A DNA stretch of 64,000 nucleotides from Chiloscyllium plagiosum (lineage: Eukaryota), in the NCBI RefSeq assembly GCF_004010195.1, contig NC_057752.1:13485426-13549425 (forward strand), written 5' to 3'. This document shows positions 50,131 through 62,274 of the stretch, one piece after another. Below the pieces are notes generated by a model. It was not told the DNA's origin and searched no databases. It was given only the letters and a program-made list of their open reading frames with translations. Each line of letters begins with the position of its first letter. Within the stretch, counting starts at the first letter, position 1. The translations under genes and the position numbers were made by a program.

Positions 50131-51973
50131 CTGCAGACAAAGAAATGAGAATCAAAGACGGTGCGATGAGCTGGTAGCGTCTGCTACAAGAGTTATTCAA
50201 GACATAAAACAGAGAGACAGGAGGAAGGCCTTACGTTCCACCGTTCAAGTGGGTCGGGGGGTGGGGGGGAATCTTCTGTTCCTCAACTCCAGCTCCCCGC
50301 CATCAGTTCAGTCACTCAACAACAAAAGAAATCTATCAATAAACAGCATCTGGAGAGATGAAGGGAGTTAGTGTTTCAGATCAGTGGCCTTTTCAGCAGA
50401 ATGAACACATAACCCACGATATGGGACCGTACTGGAGGGGGTGCAGAGGAGATTTGCCAGGATGATGCCTGGGATGGAGCAGTTTAGTGACGAAGACAGA
50501 ATGCATAAGCTCAGGTTGCTTTCTATAGAGCAGAGAAGGTTGAGGAGGGATCTGATCAAAGTGGGTAAGATTACAAAGTGCATGGACAGGGTGGATAACA
50601 AGCAGTTGCTCCCCTCAGTCAAAGGGTCAATAACAAGGGGGCAATCATTTTAAAATGGGTGGGGGTGGGGGGGGAACCTTTAAGATGTACTTGGATTGAG
50701 CTTGAAGTGTCATCATATTCCAGGCTATGGGGCCTAGTGTGGGAAAGCGGGACCAGTGTAGATTTAGAGTAGTGTTTGTTGGCGCAGACTTGATAGGCCG
50801 AAGGTCCTCTTCTGTCCTGTAAGACTCTATGTCCGGTTTACAGCAAGGAGTGGATGGAGAAAGAAAAAGGATCTGTGACAAAGTGAACAACAAAGAGAGG
50901 CTGAACGAAAGGCAAGTTCATCCTCCAGGGTGAGGGGGCAGGAGCACAGGCAAAGATACAAAAGATGTACCTGAGGCAGGTATTCTGCTAACTGAAAGGA
51001 ATGTTTGGATAAAAATCTGCTCTCCTCCGACACCGAAAACATTTCAGCAACTTGGCTTCCAATTCTTACCCCTCCTCTCAGTAGATGATCCATCATGGAC
51101 TCCTCCCCTCCGTGGCTTCTATTCCCATTTCTGCTGGTACATCAGTATCCCCCCCCGATTTCCATAGCAACCTCAACTGCACTTCCTCACACCCTGCTTC
51201 CTGTCAGGACTCCGTCCACCACCCGCCCCCCGCCCTCCCATTTCTCCATCTTTGCTCTGTCTGTTCCAATGACACCACTTTCCATAGCAGCACTTCTGAG
51301 GTATTCCCTCAATCTGTCCACCACAGCAGTCTCCAAACCTCCTCCACTTCGAACCCAATGCCCCCACCAAAACCTGCCCTTTATTAAAATTAAAAACCTC
51401 TTTTTGCCTCTCCGTCCACTCCTTCCAGATGGAACAGTGCTTCACCTCCCACTTCTTTCAATCCAAGCGACTGCACACTTCTGTTCCGTCAGCAAGGGTG
51501 TTCTCGAGTTTCCTGCAGCCTAGCATTTTAATTCGCCATCTTGCTCTCACACTGATGCCTGTGACACGGTTCCAGAACAGCACCTCATCTCTCAGCTCAG
51601 CGCTTCTGAACTCACACTTACATTCCAAGAATTTCAGCTGATAAGCTTAGTGACTATTTTGCTGCTTCTTTGTGGAACTCTTCAGATTTTTTTCTTGTTT
51701 TTTTTTTTGTTTACTGCACGCCCGTCCCAGGTGCATCTTTTATTTCTTTCTTCTACTGTAAAACTTGCTTTTTTGTACCATCCAGACTTGCTCAAAAGCG
51801 AATCCATCTCAAAAGTTTGGCTTCTGGTGCAATGGCAGTGGAGTAGGGGTTTTGAGATCAGGGCTCATCTACTTAAGCAGTTTTTCATCTTGCTTCTTTT
51901 CTTTTTTGTGTTTTCCTTTCTTCTACTTACTTCTTGTTGGAGAGCTCAGGAGCTTGTGACAGTGGTCAGCAAA

Positions 51974-54471
51974 TAGACCCAGCGCAGACCCGTGGCTGTC
52001 GGAGAATAGGCCCAGCGCAGACCCGTGGCGGTCGGAGAGTAGGCCGAGCACAGACCGGTGGCGGTCGGAGAGTAGGCCCAGCGCAGACCCGTGGCGGACG
52101 GAGAGTAGGCCCAGCGCAGACCCGTGGCGGACGGAGAGTAGGCCCAGCGCAGACTCGTGGCTGTCGGAGAGTAGGCCCAGCGCAGACCCGTGGCTGTCGG
52201 AGAGTAGGCCCAGCGCAGACCCGTGGCGGTCGGAGAGTAGGCCCAGCGCAGACCCGTGGCGGTCGGAGAGTAGGCCCAGCGCAGACTCGTGGCTGTCGGA
52301 GAGTAGGCCCAGCGCAGACCCGTGGCTGTCGGAGAGTAGGCCCAGCGCAGACCCGTGGCGGTCGGAGAGTAGGCCCAGCGCAGACCCGTGGCTGTCGGAG
52401 AGTAGGCCCAGCGGAGACCCGTGGCTGTCGGAGAGTAGGCCCAGCGGAGACCCGTGGCGGTCGGAGAGTAGGCCCAGCGCAGACCCGTGGCGGTCGGAGA
52501 GTAGGCCCTGCGCAGACCCATGGCGGACGGAAAGTAGGCCCAGCGCAGACCCGTGGCGGACGGAGAGTAGGCCCAGCGCAGACCCGTGGCAGTCGGAGAG
52601 TAGGCCCAGCGCAGACCCGTGGCGGTCGGAGAGTAGGCCCAGCGCAGACCCGTGGCGGATGGAGAGTAGGCCCAGCGCAGACCCGTGGCGGATGGAGAGT
52701 AGGCCCAGCGCAGACCCGTGGCGGTTGGAGAGTAGGCCCAGTGCAGGCCCGTGGCTGTCGGAGAGTAGGCCCTGCGCAGACCCGTGGCGGACGGAAAGTA
52801 GGCCCAGCGCAGACCCGTGGCGGATGGAGAGTAGGCCCAGCGCAGGCCCGTGGCTGTCGGAGAGTAGGCCCAGCGCAGACCCGTAGCGGTCGGGGAGTAG
52901 GCCCAGCGCAGACCCGTGGCGGACGGAGAGTAGGCCCAGAGCAAACCTGTGGCGGTCGGAGAGTAGGCCCATCGCAGACCCGTGGAGGACGGAGAGTAGG
53001 CCCATCGCAGACCCGTGGAGGACGGAGAGTAGGCCCAGCGCAGACCCGTGGCGGACGGAGAGTAGGCCCAGCGCAGACCCGTGGCGGACGGAGAGTAGGC
53101 CCAGCGCAGACCCGTGGCGGACGGAGAGTAGGCCCAGCGCAGACCCGTGGCGGACGGAGAGTAGGCCCAGCGCAGACCCGTGGCGGACGGAGAGTAGGCC
53201 CAGCGCAGACCCGTGGCGGACGGAGAGTAGGCCCAGCGCAGACCCGTGGCGGACGGAGAGTAGGCCCAGCGCAGACCCGTGGCGGACGGAGAGTAGGCCC
53301 AGCGCAGACCCGTGGCGGACGGAGAGTAGGCCCAGCGCAGACCCGTGGCGGACGGAGAGTAGGCCCAGCGCAGACCCGTGGCGGACGGAGAGTAGGCCCA
53401 GCGCAGACCCGTGGCGGACGGAGAGTAGGCCCAGCGCAGACCCGTGGCGGACGGAGAGTAGGCCCAGCGCAGACCCGTGGCGGACGGAGAGTAGGCCCAG
53501 CGCAGACCCGTGGCGGACGGAGAGTAGGCCCAGCGCAGACCCGTGGCGGACGGAGAGTAGGCCCAGCGCAGACCCGTGGCGGACGGAGAGTAGGCCCAGC
53601 GCAGACCCGTGGCGGACGGAGAGTAGGCCCAGCGCAGACCCGTGGCGGACGGAGAGTAGGCCCAGCGCAGACCCGTGGCGGACGGAGAGTAGGCCCAGCG
53701 CAGACCCGTGGCGGACGGAGAGTAGGCCCAGCGCAGACCCGTGGCGGACGGAGAGTAGGCCCAGCGCAGACCCGTGGCGGACGGAGAGTAGGCCCAGCGC
53801 AGACCCGTGGCGGACGGAGAGTAGGCCCAGCGCAGACCCGTGGCGGACGGAGAGTAGGCCCAGCGCAGACCCGTGGCGGACGGAGAGTAGGCCCAGCGCA
53901 GACCCGTGGCTGTCGGAGAGTAGGCCCAGCGCAGACCCGTGGTGGTCGGGGAGTAGGCCCAGCGCAGACCCGTGGCGGACGGAGAGTAGGCCCAGCGCAG
54001 ACCCGTGGCGGACGGAGAGTAGGCCCAGCGCAGACCCGTGGCGGACGGAGAGTAGGCCCAGCGCAGACCCGTGGCTGTCGGAGAGTAGGCCCTGCACAGA
54101 CCTGTGGCGGTCGGGGAGTAGGCCCTGCGCAGACCCGTGGCGGATGGGGAGTAGGCCCTGCGCAGACCCGTGGCGGTCGGGGAGTAGGCCCAGCGCAGAC
54201 CCGTGGCGGTCGGAGAGTAGGCCCAGCGCAGACCCGTGGCGGTCGGAGAGTAGGCCCAGCGCAGACCCGTGGAGGACGGAGAGTAGGCCCAGCGCAGACC
54301 CGTGGAGGACGGAGAGTAGGCCCAGCGCAGACCTGTGGCGGTCGGAGAGTAGGCCCAGCACAGACCCGTGGCGGACGGAGAGTAGGCCCAGCGCAGACCC
54401 GTGGCGGTCGGAGAGTCGGCCCAGCGCAGACCCGTGGCGGACGGAGAGTAGGCCCAGCGCAGACCCGTGGC
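51974..54471. repeat. 33-bp GC-rich minisatellite, about 75 copies (gtaggcccagcgcagacccgtggcggacggaga)
   Basis: Directly visible. Unit has 24/33 GC and 4 CpG; near-identical core ~53030-53905 with variant units at both ends. Confidence 0.98.
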
Positions 54472-55069
54472 AAGAGCTTGGGTGCTTCAACGAGATGGCC
54501 CTAGTGCTGACTCATGGCTGCTGCTGCGGAGAGGAGTCTGGGTTCCTGGCAGCATCTGCATCCAGCACAGATTCATGGAGGTGGCAGCAGACGGCGAGTT
54601 TGGCACGGTCGAACAGCCTGCATCATCAGCAGCAGCTGCATCGACAAGGTGGGCCCAAGCAGCCTCATGGCAGTGATGGAATGCGGTACCCAGTGACATC
54701 TACATTGGCGAGGCCATCGAGTCTTCGATGGACAAGGGCGTCGGGGGAGACAAGATGGCGCTGAAGGGTGGGCAACTTTCATTCCAGCGGTGAAGGGGAC
54801 CTCCTGCCTGGTTAACAGGCCCATGGCGGAGCACTTAACAAGAAGGATTTGAAAGTTGAACACTTCCTTTATTTCTTCATTTTTCTGCCTTTATATTCTG
54901 TGCTTTGGTTTACTTTTCTGTATTTTAAGATGGTGCCGGAGAGTGGCGACACTATGCAACACTTTTTGCGACAATAAATCAATCAAATTAATCATTTCCA
55001 GGTCCTGATGAAATATCACAGACATGAAAACTTTGCCTTTTGATGGAATTTACGTGATCACATAACTTT

Positions 55070-55235
55070 CAAACAACATGTCAGCACTGTACAGAATCTC
55101 ACTCAAAACAGCGAGACTCCAAGACCCACTGTCGCCAGAAGTGTTTCAGCAGCTAAAGCACTTTTAGCAACCTTTCTTATTTTCTTACTGCCCCGAGCTA
55201 AAAGGACATCCTTTCTCATCTTCATTAGGATTAGA
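55070..55235 (-). mobile_element. Ty1/Copia (GalEa-like) RNase H remnant
   Basis: NEDEKGCP / SKKIRKVAKSALAAETL / VLSEILY resembles the Copia motif 'KCCPLxWxSKKIRRVVKSTLAAETL...LxEIL'. Confidence 0.6.
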
Positions 55236-55547
55236 TATCTGTTGCAGAGCTGAGTGGAGGTTGACACCCTTCTGAGAATTAAAACCAAAACACCCAGAGA
55301 AACTCACCTTGTTGTCTGATAAACAAATGTGCCAAGGGGTATAACTTACCTCTCATTCCACCCACCAATCGGTTATAAAGGAATGGTTAAAGGAAATGGA
55401 GTCCTTTCAGTCACCCCACAATCAGCAAGTAACAATTTACTTATCTAACTCCAACCGTGAACAAATTAACAGAACCTACCAATAATCTGAGCAATTCCTC
55501 TCTAACTACCTATTCCCGAATAAAACAAGATTCTAACAGGATGCTGT

Positions 55548-56540
55548 TTGATTAGATTAGATTACTTACAGTGTGGAAGCAGGCCCTTCGGCTCAACAAG
55601 TCCACACCAACCCTTCAAAGAGCAACCCGTCCAGACCTATTCCTCTACATTTACCCCTTTACCTAACACTACGGGCAATTTAGCATGGCCAATTCACCTA
55701 ACCTGCATACCTTTGGACTGTGGGAGGAAACCGGAGCACCCGGAGGAAACCCATGCAGACACGGGGTGAATGTGCAAACTCCACACAGACAGTTGCCAGG
55801 AAGCGGGAATTGAACCCAGGTCTCTGGCGCTGTGAGGCAGCAGTGCTAACCACTGTGCCACCGTGCAGCTACAAGTCCTACTTACAGAACAAAGCAATAA
55901 ACTAAATCTTAATCTCTCAAAGTTCACATGGAACGTGTCTTGCGAAATGCTCCTCACCCTCTCTGCTGATCTTCTTTCTCTCTCTCTCTCTCTCTCTCTC
56001 TCGTGAGAGAGAGAGCGAGCGAGAGCGAGAGCTGAGGACTCTTAACTCTGGCAAATGGCAGTTAGCACTCCTCACGGTTTTCAAAATGCCCACATCTTTT
56101 ATACCCTTGATGACATATTAGTTTCTTTTCAATCAGATTGGTTCCCGATAGTCAAAAACATCAGGTTTAAATGTGATAGGTTTTCAGCACTTTAATGGTG
56201 ACACGGTGGCTCAGTGGTTAGCACTGCTGCCTCACAGCACCAGGTACCCGGGTTGGATTCCAGCCTCAGGCTGCTGTCTGTGTGGAGTTTGCACATTCTC
56301 CCCCCCGTGTCTGTGGGGGTTTCATCCGGGTGCTCCAGTTTCCTCCCACAGACCAAAAATGTGCAGGTCAGGGCGAATTGGCCATGCACAATTTCCCATA
56401 GTGTTCAGGGATGTGTAGGTTAGGTACATTAGTCAGGGGTAAATGTAGAGTTATAGGGTCTGGAATAATCTTCGGAGGGTCGGTGTGGAATTGTTGGGCC
56501 GAATGGCCTGTTTCTATGCTGTAGGGATTCTATGATTCTT
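55548..56540. mobile_element. Two HE1-like SINEs (55548-55866 -, 56195-56540 +) with a (CT)n(GA)n microsatellite at ~55975-56030 between them
   Basis: tRNA heads, V-domains and tails. Confidence 0.88.
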
Positions 56541-56959
56541 AGTGCTTGGTTTAAATTGATTGGCTAAAATTGAAAAGGCTTGTAGTCTTGTAAAAATGCT
56601 GTTGGCTGTTTGATACAAAATGTTTCAATTCAGGCTCTCTCTTTAAACTGCCGTTTTAGCACCAAGAAAACACCATCTTGTAAAGGGACCACGCAATCCT
56701 CCCCCCCCCCCACCCCACCATTTTTACCATAATACACACACCAACTTCACCACAATATTACGAAACTAGCTGCACTAGAACACGCATTGGGAAGGTTAGC
56801 TCGTGGTCCAACTTAAAAACTACAAAACAAAAAAAAACTGTGGATGCTATAAATCAGAAACTGCTGGAAAAACTCAGCAGGGTCTGGCAGCATCTGTGGA
56901 GAGAAAGCAGAGTTAACGTTTTGGTTCCAGTGACCTAACCAGAGTGCCCAGTCAGTTCA

Positions 56960-57440
56960 GCTAACAAACCATACCTGATGCAAGTACATCAGAGCAGAAT
57001 GCAGAATAGTGTTATAGCTACCGAGAAGGTGCAAAGAAAGATCAACTCTAGTCTAGGAGAGGGTCGTTCAGAAGTCTAATAACAGCAGGGAAGAAGCTGT
57101 CCTTGAATCTGTTTAAGCTTCTGTCTCTTCTGCCTGACAAAAGAGGATGTAAGAGAGTGTAATCGGGGCGGGAGGGGTCTTTGATGATGTCCCCGAGGCA
57201 GTGGGAAGTGTAGACGGAGTCAGTGGATGGAAGGTTGGGTTGTGTGAGGGACTGGGCTGTGTTCACGACTCTCTGTAGTTTCTTATGGTCCTGGGCAGAG
57301 CAGTTGCTGTACTAAGCCGTGATGCACTCGGATAGGATGACTTCCACAGCGCATCTGTAAAAACTGGTAAGAGTCCTTGTGGACATGCCAAATTTCCTTA
57401 GCATCCTGAGGAATTTGAAATGTTGGTGTGCTTTCTTGAC
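56960..57440 (-). mobile_element. Rex1/Babar-like LINE 3' fragment
   Basis: Frames give FLRMLRKFGMSTRTLTSFYRCAVEVILSECITA and IIKDPSRPDYTLLHPLLSGRR..FKDSFFPAVIRLLN. Confidence 0.75.
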
Positions 57441-57496
57441 TGTAGAAACAATACTTTCCACTATATCTCAGTTCATGCGACAATAATAAATTGAAT

Positions 57497-57746
57497 CTTC
57501 CTGTTATAGGCAGGATATTATTAAGATGGAGAGGGTTCAGAAGACATTTACCAGGATATTGAAGGGAATGGAGGGTTTGAGTTAGAGGGAGAGGGTGGGA
57601 CTTCTTTCACTGGAGCGTCGGAGGCTGAGGGGTGACCTTATAGAGGTTTCTAAAATCATGAGGCATATAGATAAGGTGAACAGCAGATGCCTTTTCTCTA
57701 GAGAATGCTCCTCACCCTCTCTGCTGATCTTCTTTCTCTCTCTCTC

Positions 57747-57779
<33 letters not shown>

Positions 57780-58530
57780 CTGAGGACTCTTAACTCTGGC
57801 AAATGGCAGTTAGCACTCCTCACGGCTGAGGGGTGACCTTATAGAGGTTTCTAAAATCATGAGGCATATAGATAAGGTGAACAGCAGATGCCTTTTCTCT
57901 AGAGTGGGGGATTTCAAGATGAGGGGATATATTTTTAAGGTGAGAGGAGAAAGATTTTAAAAAGACATGAGGGGCATTTTTTGTTTAAACACAGAGAGTG
58001 ATTTGTGTGTGGAATGAACTTCCTGAGGAAGTGGTGGATGTGGGGATAGTTACAATGTTTAAAAGGCATTTGGATCAGGACATGAATAGGAAAGATTTGG
58101 AGCAATATGAGCCAGGAGCAGGCAGGTGGGACTAATTTAGTTTGGGATTATGGTCAGCATGGACTGATTGGACAGCCTAAATTGTCCCATAGTGCCCAGG
58201 GATGTGTACGTTAGGGTGGATTGGCCATGCTAAATTACCCATAGTGTCCAGGGATGTGCAGGTTAGGGTGAATTGACCATGCTAAATTACCCCATAGTGT
58301 CCAGCGATGTGCAGGTTAGGGTGGATTGACCATGCTAAATTACCCCATAGTGCCCAGGGATGTGCAGGTTAGGGTGGATTGGCCATGCTAAATTGTCCCA
58401 TGGTGCCCAGGGATGTGCAGGTTAGGGTGGGATTGGCCATGGGGAAAATGCAGAATTACACGAGTATGGGTGGGATGAACTGAAGGGTTAGTATGGGCTG
58501 AATAATCTGCTTCGACACTGCGGGGCTTCT
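57497..58530 (+). mobile_element. CR1 3' fragment with an internal duplication/templated insertion, followed by an HE1-derived 53-bp array (~5 units, 58178-58440); another array at 59810-60010 (-)
   Basis: CR1 motifs and the same 53-bp unit as at 4159-4715. Confidence 0.85.
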
Positions 58531-60884
58531 ATGATGAAATACACTTCGTTTGCCAATCTCTTGCCTCTTTTACAAACTGCTCAATATCCTCCTGTGCAGC
58601 TCTCCTCAGTATTGGTTGTCACCTCCAATTTGGTATCATCCGCAGGTTTGGCAATTGTGTGCTCCATTCCAAAAAGCTAGTTGCTAACATTATATTGGTA
58701 TGTACTGAGTATCCCTTAATAGCCCTCTTCCCATCAGTGCCTGATTTCATTTATTGATCTGCCTCTAAAGTGTTTTAATATTTTGCTTTATATTTCTGAA
58801 TAATTTAATCCCTTTGTGTTGCCTTCTCTCTGAATCTCGAGTGATGTCTCTGATTCTGCATCCCTCTGTGTTTTTACGCCCTCAAGATTTGCCCCTTTCC
58901 TAAACCTCAGCTCATTATTTATTCATCCATCAAATCTCAAGTGCTCCATTTCTCACCGTTTCTCATTAAGCATATCTTCCCAAACCCTGTTCAACCCTGT
59001 TTTATATGTTTCCCATTGTTTTTTCCTGATTAGATCACTTACAGTGTGGAAACAGGCCCTTCGGCCCAACAAGTCCACAGCGACCCTCCGAAGAGCAACC
59101 CACCCAGACCCATTCCTCTACATTTACCCCTGGATCTGAATGTTAACTTTTCTCTTGTTGGGGGGTTTTAACACATTGGGTGAGAAAGGAGCTCTGTGCT
59201 GCTTGTAAGAACTCTATTTACCTCTCCCATTTACCAACCCCTGTTGTCTCATTAACATCAGTGCAACTGATAATTGCCCCAGTGATTATTGGACTTTTCT
59301 TTCACTCATTCTCCAATTTACTCTGATTTTATTTTCCTGCAACTCCCTTCCACTATTAGCTCAGCTATAGACTTCACTGATTGGCGCGATTCATCCTTTA
59401 TTCTCTCTCTCCATATCAGTTCGAGTTTTTATTGCTGCCAGCTGGTTATCCTCCATAAGCACATTTCTAAACGTTTCTTGTATTCCACAATACATGATTT
59501 ATATATTCTGGCAATATGTATTTATTTTAAGAGTTTGGATTTTGACTTAGTGGCATATGGGTTTGGTCTGTGCGTATTGAGGGGTGCAATGCTCAACTTG
59601 TCACTATCTCTGGAGCCGTGGTATTTTCAGCTGACAAAGAAGGATATTAAAACTCTGGTTCACTCTCCACAGATGTTGCCAGACCTGTTGGGTTTTGCCG
59701 GTAATTCAGAATCATAGAACCCCTACAGTGCAGAAAGAGGCCATTCGGCCCACAGAGTATGCACCAACTCACTGAAAAGTCCCAACCACACCAATCCTGT
59801 GACCCAGCATTTCCCATGGGACAATTCAGCATGGCCAATCCACCCTAACCTGCACATCCCTGGGCACTATGGGACAATTTAGCATGGCCAATCCACCCTA
59901 ACCTGCTCATCCCTGGACACTATGGGACAATTCAGCATGGCCAATCCACCATAACCTGCACATCCCTGGGCACTATGGGACAATTTAGCATGGCCAACCC
60001 ACCCTAACCTATGCCAGCTGCTCAGTTCAAGCAGCAACTGGGCACCCATTTGGCACCCACCTGCCTCCCTGGCACAGGTCCCCCTCCCCCAACCAAACCT
60101 TGGCCTACAAACACATCCAGGATGGTCCAGTTGCCCTGTCTCTCCAGACCACAGCTCTTCCTGCCACCTGTGATGAGAAAGTCGAGCAGCCCACGAGAAG
60201 TGGGCATCGCTAGCGAGGGCACCGTCTATCACCTCACAACAAAATGGCTGGGAAAGCTCAGCAGCTTCCGTGGAGAGAAATCAGAGTTCACATTTCTAGT
60301 CCAGTGATCCTTCCTCACTTTATTGCCTGAGGCTAACTGAATTCAAATTCAGTACAAAACAATCTCTGGAATTGGAAGCGAGCCTTCTGGCACCCATGTT
60401 GTAAAAGCCCACCAACCCCTTTCACTAATGTCCTTTAGGGAAGGAAATCTGCCCTCCTTACCCAGTCTGGCTACACATGACGCCAGACCCAGGATGGCTA
60501 TAGGGTGTGATTGAAGTCCCCAAAATATTAACAAGGGGTTCTAGATTAATAGTTTGGTAACCTTACCACTACAGCACCATCTCTACCATTACTGGCTCTC
60601 CCTGCTCCAATGCTCCATGGACTCAAGTGAATCCTCAATTAATGCCCACGACTCACGTACAATTTACAACAATCCTTCTAGATCTCTCTACCCAAAGGCT
60701 GATGCAACCCCAGGGAGGGCATGGAGGTAGCTGTTTGGTGCCCAGCCTAACTGTCCCCACCCCCTCATTCCCACTTTGACAAGCACGGTGCTTGGAACCA
60801 TGAAGATCCGATGGGAAAGCCTCCAATGTTATTTGAACAGGAATCGCTCTCACACTTGCCACCAGCGAATTGCGTCGGCAACTT

Positions 60885-61168
60885 TGCAAACGCACCTTCC
60901 CAGATCATCAAATCCTAGAGCGGGACTCGAAAGGAGGGGCCCAGGGAAACTGCTCACCCGACCAGGAGGGGCCCAGGGAAACTGCTCACCCGACCAGGAG
61001 GGGTCCAGGGAAACTGCAAACGCACCTTCCCAGATCATCAAATCCTAGAGCGGGACTCGAAATGAGGGGTCCAGGACCCCTCACCCGACCAGGAGGGGTC
61101 CAGGGAAACTGCTCACCCGACCAGGAGGGGTCCAGGGAAACTGCACACCCGACCAGGAGGGGTCCAGT
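60885..61168. repeat. Compound tandem repeat: 31-bp units (ccagggaaactgctcacccgaccaggagggg) nested in a ~130-bp duplication
   Basis: tgcaaacgcaccttcccagatcatcaaatcctagagcgggactcgaaa occurs at ~60885 and ~61015, each followed by 2-3 short units. Confidence 0.9.
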
Positions 61169-62274
61169 GATGATCGGTCCAATAAAATGAGGACTAACTG
61201 TAGCTTCAAATAACTAAACTGGAGCCTTCTACCTCTGACTTAAACTCCGCCGAAATGAAAGGTCCACAATCCAGGAGCATGCTTAAATTATTTTTTATCC
61301 CCCCCCGCCCATAGCTTGGTGATTTGCTCACACCTATTCCTCAACATCAATTAATTCATTTCCGAACGAGACATTTGTGGCTTCTCAACAGGAGCAAATA
61401 TTCTGATCAGTCTTTCTGAGGGTCAATCCCTACTTGATCCGGAGAGCTCATGTTTGAATATTCCCTTAATCCCAGAGCACACATTGGGCGGTGAACAATT
61501 TATTGGTACGCTGGTATTTGGAAATGAAAGGCGGTAATTTGTTTACGCAAACAATCTAAGTAACGCACTGCAGCCAGCTCAGCCGCTATCAACGCCACTT
61601 CGTGGTTCACAATTGAAAATGCTATCTCCAGTCGTTTCCCTCCCTCACACTCACACCCACGTACGCCCCCTCCCTCCCTCACACTCACACACACACANNN
61701 NNNNNNNNNNNNNNNNNNNNNNNNNNNNNNNNNNNNNNNNNNNNNNNNNNNNNNNNNNNNNNNNNNNNNNNNNNNNNNNNNNNNNNNNNNNNNNNNNNNN
61801 NNNNNNNNNNNNNNNNNNNNNNNNNNNNNNNNNNNNNNNNNNNNNNNNNNNNNNNNNNNNNNNNNNNNNNNNNNNNNNNNNNNNNNNNNNNNNNNNNNNN
61901 NNNNNNNNNNNNNNNNNNNNNNNNNNNNNNNNNNNNNNNNNNNNNNNNNNNNNNNNNNNNNNNNNNNNNNNNNNNNNNNNNNNNNNNNNNNNNNNNNNNN
62001 NNNNNNNNNNNNNNNNNNNNNNNNNNNNNNNNNNNNNNNNNNNNNNNNNNNNNNNNNNNNNNNNNNNNNNNNNNNNNNNNNNNNNNNNNNNNNNNNNNNN
62101 NNNNNNNNNNNNNNNNNNNNNNNNNNNNNNNNNNNNNNNNNNNNNNNNNNNNNNNNNNNNNNNNNNNNNNNNNNNNNNNNNNNNNNNNNNNNNNNNNCCA
62201 CACTCTCAGACAGTACATTCCAGACCCTAACCCTTCGAATTAACCTGCCTCCTCCTACACTCTTATACATTCTT

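Noticed and set aside
50235..50349. Possible ATG exon just upstream of the 50130 exon (ctccag|ATG...|gtaagg)
   Set aside because: The frame stops after 13 codons, it has no transmembrane segment, and the acceptor resembles a PLE repeat remnant.
51923..54504. ORFs of 835-856 aa on both strands
   Set aside because: They are a by-product of a stop-free 33-bp tandem unit. Overlapping frames are equally open and there is no non-repeat domain.
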